From the sequence record NC_042018.1: a stretch of 64,000 nucleotides of DNA. One strand, given 5' to 3'. A program made the position numbers and the translations under genes. Below, piece after piece: positions 55,386 through 64,000 of the stretch (its first letter is position 1; each line of letters starts with the position of its first letter). Under the pieces are notes generated by a model, which was not told the origin of the DNA, ran no database searches, and saw only the letters and a program-made list of their open reading frames with translations.

Positions 55386-55437
55386 CTAACCCTACTCCTT
55401 AACGGAGTAGGGTTAGTAACTTACTTATTTTTTTTTT
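55386..55437. terminator. Bidirectional hairpin terminator
   Basis: CTAACCCTACTCC-ttaac-GGAGTAGGGTTAG plus a long T run, between convergent genes. Confidence 0.75.
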
Positions 55438-55439
55438 GT

Positions 55440-58400
55440 TTAAGCAACACGACGACGGAGTTGCAGAATACGACGGTTACGAGTCAGACGGGCTTCCTCA
55501 ATAACGGTGTCGATAGTCAGCAGTTTCTTCGTCTCAATTGGCAGCATCTGACTGAGTCGACGTATCTGTGCTTCAATACGCAACGCCAGGATGTTGTCAT
55601 TGGTGTTCATCAGTTCATCAGACAGTTTAGTGATTTGCTCACGAATCTGATTAATCTGCCCTTCCACAACTGGATCGTTAGCTGCACTGTTCTCAGCCTG
55701 ATGGTTATTAAGCAGGTTACGGGAATCCACTAAGCTAATGCCCATTGGAATGCCGTACAGTGGTTTACTCTGCCCACGCTTAATGAACCAGTAGGTCAGC
55801 AACCAGGCAACCACCAAGTCATCGTGACGGTTGTTGTCGTGGTCAATACGCCCACCTTTCACCTTCAGGTTAATGAGTTCATCACACAGCTTGTCGTAGT
55901 TCAACCCAAACCCGGTCATCCCGACTGCTTCCTGGATATACCCGTAGAACTCCTCACGCGATTTGGCGTTGGTGTTAAACCCGAAGTGCTGCTTCAACCG
56001 CAGATAGAAATCTTTCGTACGGTATTGTGCACCTACTCGTTTCACCTCCTGGAACTCTTTATCGAATTTCTCCGGATACTGATAAATCTGGTTAAAGATT
56101 TTCTTAAACGGATCCAATCCTTTTGCCGGGAGCGTAATCAACAAGTTATCAATCATGTGATGCGCATAGTTACGTTCAATGATTAACAGGCTGTTAGGGA
56201 TACACACTAGAATGTCCACGATAATGGTCGCTACGTCGTCCAGATACGCCAGAGGGTAACGACCTACCCCTATGACCTTGCCGCTGCGTAGAGAGCGTAT
56301 GATGAGCGTACAGGCATCCTTGTTGATAGCTGACGAGGTATCGCAACCCACCAAGAAGTAATCGTTGTGTTCAGGCTTACAAATTTGCTGGAATTCTTCT
56401 TGTGAAATGAAGAAGTCAATAAACAGTCCTGAATCACGATACTCTTTGCTCCAGACCGTGTTGCGTTTTGCGTTGTTAATCGCTTCACGCGTCAAGTCAT
56501 CAAACAGGCGGTTCTCACCGTCTTCGGTCCACATCAACAACAAGTCAATCTTCGCTTTACTGAGCGAGAGGTTGAGCTTGTCGATGGTCTCTTTGACCCA
56601 GCCTTTGTCTTTACCCAGTTGCAGGTAGTTGTACACCATGCTGACTGATGGCGACGTGGTGTCTTTCGGACTGGCTTTAATGAGACGGTAGGCGAGATGA
56701 CTTTCACTGTAGGAGTCAAAGAACTTCTCACGCCATTCGGTTGCGCCCATGAGTTTGTCAAACATGAACTCACCGGACGGATGCTGAACCGTGTTCGGCG
56801 TTGTAATGTAGTTGATGCAGTACGGCAACCCTGCAGCTCGCATGTTCTCCATCTCGGTCAATGCCGATGGCATACAGCCGTTGATGATGGCCTCAATGAA
56901 GGAGATGTATGACCCTTCATCGACGGTGGTCGAGCCTACGGTTAAACCACGACCCAAGTTCTCTGCAGCATCCTGTCCCTGTTGGGGAACGCTGATGGTC
57001 ATGACGTTGGTATCGGCCTCACCAAAGGAGCGGTAGGTCAAATAGGTACCCGCATCTTTATCGCGGTAGGTTGGGTTAACCAAGTACTTTGGAATACAGG
57101 TACGGATACGTTTAATCGCATCAATAAACTGGGCCCGGTTATCGGACTTCAGGGTAATGACGTGACTCTTGTACCCGCGACCTACAATATAAGTAAGCCA
57201 AAAGTTGATAACCTGTACAGATACAGTATTGTGAGTAGGGATAAACTCATCAGTAATGTAAATCTGTTCCTCATTATCAACCTCGATGCATGACGCCTCG
57301 TCCGTGCCATGATAATCGATAGCTGTGAGGTAAAGTGCGTTATCAACATCAGGGAGATGAGGAACAGCACGGCGTTTAAAATAGTTAAGCTCATGAGGTA
57401 ACGTGACCTTTAAGTATTTCTTATCTACCGCGGCCGTACCCCCTAAACTCCGGAACAGGTATTGTAATGCATAACTGTAAACCGGGTCGGGAATCGGGCA
57501 GTAGATATGGTTGTTGTCGACTTTCCCACGGCAGTCCATGACACCCTGAATCAAACTGAGTTTGTTGTCGATACTGTCTTCCAGGTAATCCAACGGAAGC
57601 GTTCTCGGTTTCTCATCAAACGGTTTGCCTTCGGCATGGGCAATAACCCAGGTATGTGGTTTCACCCGGGTAAAGGTAAAGAATGCGGGGAGTTGCGTTT
57701 GAATTTCAGCAATGACATCTTCAGGTAGTTTAGTGTAATACAGCTTACCGTTAAGACGGGTACCGGTTAACATCACCCCTTGAATGTACGGTGGGATAAC
57801 GTGGGTTTTACTCGGCTGCTCTTCCGGTGTCGCTAACGGCATGCGAATAGGACGTTTGTGGTAGTGCTTGTCTTTCAGCTTGTCAATTAACATCGCGGTG
57901 GTGTAATCCACTTCGAGTCCATCGTTAGCACCACGTTCTTTATCGAATACCGTCCACAGGTGTTCTGCACCGCTGTGGGTTTCACGGCCGTCGCTGAAGG
58001 TCATTTTGTAAATACGTTTACGGCCCTGCGGATGTACCCCAATGACCGTTGAGACATTTCCGGTACGATCAATGATTTGGTCACCGGTACGGATGTCCCC
58101 GATACGCTTCCAACGTGTCCCGACAGTAGACGCTGTCCCAGTGGGATTCATGACGCGTACTTTACTGTTGTTCGGCTGAAGCTTACCCTGCTGACGAGGC
58201 ATGATCATGTACGTTGTGATGTGGTTCAGATAATTCCACATAAAGCTGACGTTACCGCGGTTCGCCTTGAACTTCATGTCTGGACGTAACCGGCAAATTT
58301 CACGCAAGAAATACCAGAAGTTATTCTTGCACTCGTTCATGATCATCACCTTCTGGTCTTCCGTCAGGTTTTCATCATACGGGTCTACGCCAATCAACAG

Positions 58401-58739
58401 GGGGTTATTCAACTGCAGGATAAACCCGTAGTTCTTTATCCCCTGCAGACGAAACAGTTCAGCGGTACGCAAGAAGCTTTCGTTGGTGGTTTGCAAATCG
58501 GGTTTGGCCCGATAACGGTAAAAATCTTTTAGGAATCTTACAGTCTTGATACTGAACAAACTGTCTTCGTTAAAATGTGCTAACAGATTTTCATCGTCAG
58601 TGCGGTCAACATAATTTAACGGACGTTTTTCATCTTTGTTGATGTGGAACTTGGTACTCGAGTCATCCATCAGGTACTTGGGAAGTTCAGGGATACCCAA
58701 AAACTGCTGAATACTTTTAGCGACTTGTAAATCGTCCAT
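55440..58739 (-). CDS. terL: Terminase large subunit, intein-interrupted
   Basis: Walker A PRQQGK|TVS split by an insert, Walker B TTVDEGS, motif III ITTPN and nuclease motifs VGCDTS and HDDLVVAWLL. Confidence 0.9.
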   Translation of the reverse strand: MDDLQVAKSIQQFLGIPELPKYLMDDSSTKFHINKDEKRPLNYVDRTDDENLLAHFNEDSLFSIKTVRFLKDFYRYRAKPDLQTTNESFLRTAELFRLQGIKNYGFILQLNNPLLIGVDPYDENLTEDQKVMIMNECKNNFWYFLREICRLRPDMKFKANRGNVSFMWNYLNHITTYMIMPRQQGKLQPNNSKVRVMNPTGTASTVGTRWKRIGDIRTGDQIIDRTGNVSTVIGVHPQGRKRIYKMTFSDGRETHSGAEHLWTVFDKERGANDGLEVDYTTAMLIDKLKDKHYHKRPIRMPLATPEEQPSKTHVIPPYIQGVMLTGTRLNGKLYYTKLPEDVIAEIQTQLPAFFTFTRVKPHTWVIAHAEGKPFDEKPRTLPLDYLEDSIDNKLSLIQGVMDCRGKVDNNHIYCPIPDPVYSYALQYLFRSLGGTAAVDKKYLKVTLPHELNYFKRRAVPHLPDVDNALYLTAIDYHGTDEASCIEVDNEEQIYITDEFIPTHNTVSVQVINFWLTYIVGRGYKSHVITLKSDNRAQFIDAIKRIRTCIPKYLVNPTYRDKDAGTYLTYRSFGEADTNVMTISVPQQGQDAAENLGRGLTVGSTTVDEGSYISFIEAIINGCMPSALTEMENMRAAGLPYCINYITTPNTVQHPSGEFMFDKLMGATEWREKFFDSYSESHLAYRLIKASPKDTTSPSVSMVYNYLQLGKDKGWVKETIDKLNLSLSKAKIDLLLMWTEDGENRLFDDLTREAINNAKRNTVWSKEYRDSGLFIDFFISQEEFQQICKPEHNDYFLVGCDTSSAINKDACTLIIRSLRSGKVIGVGRYPLAYLDDVATIIVDILVCIPNSLLIIERNYAHHMIDNLLITLPAKGLDPFKKIFNQIYQYPEKFDKEFQEVKRVGAQYRTKDFYLRLKQHFGFNTNAKSREEFYGYIQEAVGMTGFGLNYDKLCDELINLKVKGGRIDHDNNRHDDLVVAWLLTYWFIKRGQSKPLYGIPMGISLVDSRNLLNNHQAENSAANDPVVEGQINQIREQITKLSDELMNTNDNILALRIEAQIRRLSQMLPIETKKLLTIDTVIEEARLTRNRRILQLRRRVA
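57228..58181 (-). mobile_element. Intein (318 aa), class 3 type, with a degenerate LAGLIDADG endonuclease
   Basis: Starts LQPNNSKV after GK; block B SGAEHLW, block F ASCIEV, block G IPTHN followed by extein Thr. Removing it restores PRQQGKTVS. Confidence 0.9.
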
Positions 58740-58758
58740 TGGTGGTCCTTAAGAAAAA

Positions 58759-58782
58759 GCTAACTGGGTTTCCCCAGTTAGC
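58759..58782 (-). terminator. Hairpin
   Basis: GCTAACTGGG-tttc-CCCAGTTAGC with T5 on the minus strand, upstream of terL. Confidence 0.6.
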
Positions 58783-58789
58783 CTAAGCA

Positions 58790-60505
58790 TTACGATGGTT
58801 TAGAAACAAACCCAGTCATCGCCAGCTGTAGTTCATTACCGGTCTGGTCAACGTTGACCCAGCAGATAAAGTACGTGTGGCCTTTGGCCAATTCGATAGC
58901 GATGGTGTTGTCTTTGTTCCAGTCGGCCAGCTGATAACGGAACCGTTGACCTTTCGCGTCCATGATATCAAACGCAGTCGGCGTAGGAGCCTTTTCTTCG
59001 GTCTTGTCGTTATAGCTTGGGTCGATGGCCCAGTAGAGTGCCGTGAGCCACTCTGCCTGCGTCTTAGCACCGTTGGTGAGGTTGAAGGTAGTCTTCGTCC
59101 CGTTGTTCTTCACAACCGCCTCAATGCCCGTGTAAGGCAGTTTCTGGAAGTTGTACTGAACGTCCCAACGTTTGCCTGGTCCATTGACATCTTTGTACAG
59201 GGTGATGTTCGTGAACTGACGGAAGATAACACTTTCGTAGCTCGTGGAAACATCGCGCAGGTTCAGGTTGAAAATCAACGCCTGCTCAACACCGTACGAG
59301 GTTGGCTTGAACGGTGGGGATTGGTCATTGAACGATACCTTATCGGTAACATCAATCCGCACCTTACGGTCAAGGTCATACAGGTAGTGTTTGAGCATCC
59401 AGCGGGACGTGGTGGTATCCCATTCCGGATAGGTGTAGATCTTCGGCGTATAGGATCCTTGTACCGCCGTGGCCTGAATGGTGTACCGACGAGAGATGTG
59501 ACGCGGAGCACCCGGTGAAGCCAGGTACGGCATTTCATCTTCCGACATTTGGTACGTCAACACCAGTTCGGCTTCCTGACCCGGATACATCGGACGGTAA
59601 CGGTTGAGGCCCAGCAGGCTGAACTTTGTGCCGTTAACAGATGCTTCTTCCACATCGCCGTCAGAGTAGTGTACCCGTGCACGCCACTCAATGCCCACAA
59701 TCGGCGTATTGATAGGAATCATCAAACGCTCTGGATCGCTGGTATTGGTAAACCACGGTGACACCAGCTCAATACCGGTAATGGTGCGTATGCCGATACG
59801 GTGGTCTTTCATGTACGCCGTCTGCTGAACCATTAAAGGCTGGACCGGCGGAATGAAGTTACCACCCTGGTCATAGAACACCGCCGTACAACGTTTGCCG
59901 TCTGTCAGGGCTTCTGCGTTCATCGTTACCGAGAACTGACCGGTGGTCATGATGTTGACATTGGTACGGTCAACGATCTCTGCCAGTTCGCACGGAATTT
60001 CTTCGGTCAGTTTATTAGCTGACTTATCATAGACCGCACTGATGACAGTTCCGGTAGGGCCGGTGTCGTTCCCCAGAAAGACGAGAGCGTATGCAGCGCC
60101 TGGACGCATAATAGTAGAATCAATGCGGGCAATATTAGGACGAACACTGTAGTCAATAGCCAGGAGAGCTTCACCTGCTAACGGACCTCCACGTTGACCG
60201 AAGATCCAATCTTGTTCCGTGGTGGACGTGGTTTCGGCTTGCAGATTCCAGACAGTCAGGTGGGTTTTGTAGCCGGCCTGAATGTCCACATGGTTTACGA
60301 AATAGATGCGACCGTTCGGGACATCAAACACCAGTTCGCCTTCATTTGGAACCACATACTTTTCCAAATCACTGGCGGGGTGTTTGTCCGGGTCGAAAAT
60401 ATTTTCGATGTAGTGAAACGATTTGCGCTCGGGGTTATTTGCCGCAGCAATGCTAACCCCAGGCACAGCCCGTGACACTGTTGTCGATGGACTGTTATCA
60501 AACAT
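58790..60505 (-). CDS. Virion structural protein (phiKZ gp26-like by synteny)
   Basis: 571-aa beta-rich ORF adjacent to the terminase, in the conserved terminase-to-sheath block. Confidence 0.6.
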   Translation of the reverse strand: MFDNSPSTTVSRAVPGVSIAAANNPERKSFHYIENIFDPDKHPASDLEKYVVPNEGELVFDVPNGRIYFVNHVDIQAGYKTHLTVWNLQAETTSTTEQDWIFGQRGGPLAGEALLAIDYSVRPNIARIDSTIMRPGAAYALVFLGNDTGPTGTVISAVYDKSANKLTEEIPCELAEIVDRTNVNIMTTGQFSVTMNAEALTDGKRCTAVFYDQGGNFIPPVQPLMVQQTAYMKDHRIGIRTITGIELVSPWFTNTSDPERLMIPINTPIVGIEWRARVHYSDGDVEEASVNGTKFSLLGLNRYRPMYPGQEAELVLTYQMSEDEMPYLASPGAPRHISRRYTIQATAVQGSYTPKIYTYPEWDTTTSRWMLKHYLYDLDRKVRIDVTDKVSFNDQSPPFKPTSYGVEQALIFNLNLRDVSTSYESVIFRQFTNITLYKDVNGPGKRWDVQYNFQKLPYTGIEAVVKNNGTKTTFNLTNGAKTQAEWLTALYWAIDPSYNDKTEEKAPTPTAFDIMDAKGQRFRYQLADWNKDNTIAIELAKGHTYFICWVNVDQTGNELQLAMTGFVSKPS

Positions 60506-60506
60506 G

Positions 60507-63095
60507 TCAACTTACCTCAAAGTGACTTTCGATTTTACATGCTGATTTTAAGAACAGGTCATTGGCCTGACGGATAAACAGCAACTCTTTCGCTGTGACC
60601 GTCAAGGTCTCGACATTCGCATACGGCATGATAGCAAAGTAACGCTGATCAAACCCTAACGCAGCCGGGTCATACTTCAACCAGGATGTGAAAGGAGCGG
60701 CGAGTTCTTGAATCGTTTGGTTACTGAAGATTTTCCCGTCTTCCAGGTCCGGTAACACAATGACCTTGTTCAGCACGCCATTCACCAGCTGGTTCAGGAA
60801 CGGACTAAACAGCCGGTACTTATCTTGTAAGTTGGCCATGACTTGAGGTTGTGGTTTCGGACAATACTTCGTGAGGTAATCCACGATGCGCTTATCCAGG
60901 TCACGCCCTTCGTCATACAGCGGGTGGTTGTTGTACTTCTCGGCAAACTTCACCGGCGTGTACGAGTGTTTCACCATGTAAGGACGGCCGTTTAAGGAAT
61001 CATCCAGGTTACTGGCAGGCAGCAACTCCGCTGACGGGACATCGCCCTGATGGAACAGACGACCGTAAATCACACAACGGGTAGTGCGGTCTTCACGAAT
61101 GTTGTAACGCGGAATGTTTCCGATTACCCCACCCTCAACAAACCCCAGCTCGGTTTCCGTTTTCGGCTTTTTCAAGTCGGCATGGAACCCATGAGCACGC
61201 ACCGTGATTTTCTGCGGTCCCTCAACCAGGAATTCTTTATTGTGAATAAAGAAGTGTCCGTCATCAAAGAACCAATCCACGTTATCAATCAACGGACGGT
61301 TATTCAGCCACAGGTCTAACTGCGCCAAGACCACTTTCACCGGCAAACGCCCGTCATCGTAAATCTCAGTCAGGTCAAAACTCAGGCTGTGGTCCATGTG
61401 CTGGAGTTCAAATTCATACGCCAGGAACTGATCGCCGAACACAATCATGGCGCGTTGGTTCACTACATCGAGCTTCTTGAACACCACGTAACCGTTCGAG
61501 ACTTCATAGAGGTCTGTTCCTGTCACGTCTTTCAGTTCACCGAAGAACTCGTTGTTGATGATATTCCAACGCCCTACCAGTACACGGAACTCGACGTTCT
61601 CAATGAGTTGGGTGTCGCGGTTAGTGACCACGTAGTTCAGCGTACGACCGCCCTGTCCCATGATGAACTCAACCAGTTTACAGGCTGGGTTAAGGGGAGA
61701 GAAAAGCTGGGTGTTGTAGAACTGATTCCATTCCAACAGCACACCGTTCTCATCGTACTCATAAGCCACAAAGTCACCGGAGTAAGTCGGTGGCACCACA
61801 ATACCGCGTCCGCCTTCCTGATAGGCAACTTTCACCGGAGTATCCGACATGGCGCGCGTCATGGCATTATACCCCAACGCATCTCGGCTCATGGCGGTGG
61901 TCAATTTATTAAACTGACTCTTCACCAGTTGCTGTACCGGACCCGACTCCAGCTGTGCGGCTGTCCACTCAGGAATCAGTGCGCGTACCCCAGTCATTGC
62001 AGCCAGGATACCGTCATCGTCTAAACGGTAAAGATAACGAACACGCTGTGACTCAAACGGCCAGTCAAACTTCCAGGTGGTATCCCGTACGATTTCCAGA
62101 ATAATGAAATCTTCGATTTTCGCCAGGTCACCTAACGGAGCCATCTGCATTTTGATTTGGTCATCAGCAATGCTCACGTCGTTGTGGGTTAATTGACGAA
62201 CCGCGTTTTCATTATTACGGTGGAAGTAGATGCCGTACTTGTCAGGACGAACCACGTAGAAGTCGCTGTCATCGAAATACCGCATAATCCAGCTGTCGCC
62301 TTTTGGCGGATGCAGAATCAGCTTGCGCTTCTGGTCGAGGGTGGAATAGAAATCTTTCAGATCGCCGTAACGGTATTGCTTCACTTCTTTCACCGTTGGG
62401 TCATGCCAGATTTCCACTTCATCGCCAATCGACAACGTAAGGGCATTCGGTGCAGCCATCACAAAGCGGCCGTTGTGGAATACCCCCGTGTAACCGGGCT
62501 TGGCTTTGAGCGCATTGTACCGAGCCTGAAAGACCTGCAACTCCGCAGTGTTCTCATAGGTCATGGTTTCATACGCAAACGGGTTAGCCGTGGTTTCGGT
62601 AACCAGACTGAACTTGTCCACGATAACCGTTGGGTTATAAGTACGGAAGGTGTACTTGTCGGTCATGGGAATCGGGAAGATCACTAACTTCTCCAACGCC
62701 ATCAACACTAACCCGTCATAGGTTGCCAACAGCCACGCTTTAGAACGTGGGAACTGACGACCTACCTGGTTATAAATGTCCAGCTGAATGCCGTGCACCA
62801 CAGCCACGTCATCCATACGCACCCAACGGTCCAACGGATTGCGGGTACGGAACTTTTCGCGGAAGCTCCAGAAGCCTGGATGCAAACCGCCGATCGTAAA
62901 GATATGGTAAAAGCGATTGGCTTTAGGCAGCGAACGCCACTTGCCCATGTAGTTAAAGTTTTTGATGTACCCTAACTCAGTGCTCAAGCGTTCCATGTTA
63001 ACCTGGAACTGGTGGTCAATTTCCGGGTTACCCCATAAAGCCCGATCAGTATAGTGGACGAGCGGATTGTCGTCGGCTACTGTTCGAGTGGTCAT
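60507..63095 (-). CDS. Virion structural/baseplate protein (phiKZ gp27-like by synteny)
   Basis: 862-aa ORF in the same operon. Confidence 0.6.
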   Translation of the reverse strand: MTTRTVADDNPLVHYTDRALWGNPEIDHQFQVNMERLSTELGYIKNFNYMGKWRSLPKANRFYHIFTIGGLHPGFWSFREKFRTRNPLDRWVRMDDVAVVHGIQLDIYNQVGRQFPRSKAWLLATYDGLVLMALEKLVIFPIPMTDKYTFRTYNPTVIVDKFSLVTETTANPFAYETMTYENTAELQVFQARYNALKAKPGYTGVFHNGRFVMAAPNALTLSIGDEVEIWHDPTVKEVKQYRYGDLKDFYSTLDQKRKLILHPPKGDSWIMRYFDDSDFYVVRPDKYGIYFHRNNENAVRQLTHNDVSIADDQIKMQMAPLGDLAKIEDFIILEIVRDTTWKFDWPFESQRVRYLYRLDDDGILAAMTGVRALIPEWTAAQLESGPVQQLVKSQFNKLTTAMSRDALGYNAMTRAMSDTPVKVAYQEGGRGIVVPPTYSGDFVAYEYDENGVLLEWNQFYNTQLFSPLNPACKLVEFIMGQGGRTLNYVVTNRDTQLIENVEFRVLVGRWNIINNEFFGELKDVTGTDLYEVSNGYVVFKKLDVVNQRAMIVFGDQFLAYEFELQHMDHSLSFDLTEIYDDGRLPVKVVLAQLDLWLNNRPLIDNVDWFFDDGHFFIHNKEFLVEGPQKITVRAHGFHADLKKPKTETELGFVEGGVIGNIPRYNIREDRTTRCVIYGRLFHQGDVPSAELLPASNLDDSLNGRPYMVKHSYTPVKFAEKYNNHPLYDEGRDLDKRIVDYLTKYCPKPQPQVMANLQDKYRLFSPFLNQLVNGVLNKVIVLPDLEDGKIFSNQTIQELAAPFTSWLKYDPAALGFDQRYFAIMPYANVETLTVTAKELLFIRQANDLFLKSACKIESHFEVS

Positions 63096-63097
63096 GG

Positions 63098-63979
63098 CTA
63101 CTTAACCTTTAGGTCATAGGTGTAGTCCACATTCTTCACGAATGCTTCCAGTACCCCTTTGTTGTACTTCGGATCCAGCTGGACACCCAGCGGGGTTTTC
63201 GCGTACAGCTTGTTCTGGATGGTGCCGTACACAATGGCTGTAAACAGACACGGTGCTTCCAGGCTGGCGTTGACCACGTGTTTACCCACTGCGCTGAAGC
63301 TGATGCGCGCTGTTAACCCCAGGAAATCTTTGAGATTCAATCCTTTGAGTTTATACAGAGCCGGCGTCTTGTTAATAACGTCGATCAGTTCTTTGATGTT
63401 GGCAATGTACGGCAGGTCATCAATCACGCCCTGGATGATATCCATGTCGGTACCGAAGACGGTACGCACCACATTACTGACCACAAACTTATAGTCGTGG
63501 TTCGGGTTCTCCATCAGCCCCACGAAGTAGTAGGACAGGAGAATTTTGAGGTGCAGGTTTTCCATCACATCCAGACCGGCACGTAACCCAAACAGGTTAC
63601 CGAGGGCGCCAGCAAATGAACGCACCGCCAGAATACGTCCGTTCTTTAATGGTGTGAAATTGTTGTGGGCACAATCGTGTTGCAAGAACGCCGCCAGACG
63701 AATGATCATCGCTTCCGGTGCATTGGTGAGCACGTTACTTTTATTACGGTAAGGGCGCTCATCGTAAACCGTAATGGTTTCACGACTGTGGGATAAGGTG
63801 GTGATAGGGAATGCAAAAACGGGGATACCGTAGTTCTCAGCATGGGTCACTACGAACACCCCGGGCTTGGTTGTACGGGTCAGGGCATTCATCAATTCCA
63901 GGGTTTTGATGGTGCCCTCGATTTTATCAATTACTTTAAATGGAGCCCCGGCGGTGGTCTCGTATGGATTGATGATCAT
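63098..63979 (-). CDS. Conserved virion-associated protein (phiKZ gp28-like by synteny)
   Basis: Probable start is ATG 63979 (MIINPY) with a GAGG RBS; the ORF track start is 63991. Confidence 0.55.
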   Translation of the reverse strand: MIINPYETTAGAPFKVIDKIEGTIKTLELMNALTRTTKPGVFVVTHAENYGIPVFAFPITTLSHSRETITVYDERPYRNKSNVLTNAPEAMIIRLAAFLQHDCAHNNFTPLKNGRILAVRSFAGALGNLFGLRAGLDVMENLHLKILLSYYFVGLMENPNHDYKFVVSNVVRTVFGTDMDIIQGVIDDLPYIANIKELIDVINKTPALYKLKGLNLKDFLGLTARISFSAVGKHVVNASLEAPCLFTAIVYGTIQNKLYAKTPLGVQLDPKYNKGVLEAFVKNVDYTYDLKVK

Positions 63980-64000
63980 GGTAATCCTCAAAATAATATG

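Noticed and set aside
55427-55438. Long T homopolymer as a frameshift or phase-variation site
   Set aside because: It is intergenic and next to a terminator hairpin, so it is explained as the terminator U tract.
1-64000. CRISPR array, tRNA/rRNA genes, integrase, IS elements
   Set aside because: I saw no regularly spaced direct repeats, cloverleaf-like sequences or transposase/integrase motifs by eye. tRNAscan and CRISPR finders were not run.

Overview
The window is a 64 kb slice of a phiKZ-related (Chimalliviridae-like) jumbo myophage. The host is probably enterobacterial, which is an inference from codon usage. The main evidence is four split pieces of the virion RNA polymerase (beta-N, beta-C, beta'-N with the DxDGD motif, beta'-C), a gp175-type prohead protease, a giant tape-measure/tail lysin, a large terminase, a UvsX-like recombinase, an RNase H-like protein and an SF2 helicase. 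Layout: 0-16.4 kb tail fibre plus an array of paralogous tail-appendage genes; 16.4-32.6 kb mixed early, recombination and structural genes; 32.6-52.6 kb tail hub, tape measure, vRNAP, endolysin and head genes; 52.6-55.4 kb accessory genes; 55.4-64 kb terminase and baseplate/neck genes on the minus strand. Main observations: (1) a tandemly duplicated four-gene cassette B-A1-A2-A3 built from two paralog families with shared terminal motifs; (2) a class 3 (W-C-T, Leu-initiated) intein with a degenerate homing endonuclease in the terminase Walker A; (3) a tape measure carrying both GH19 and M15 peptidase muralytic domains; (4) a modular endolysin and an unannotated 58-aa ORF translationally coupled inside the vRNAP operon; (5) a recurring early-promoter-like motif, one copy of which precedes a structured leader that may form a pseudoknot. 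No tRNA, rRNA, CRISPR array, integrase or reverse transcriptase was seen. Homolog names come from recalled motifs and synteny, not from database searches.
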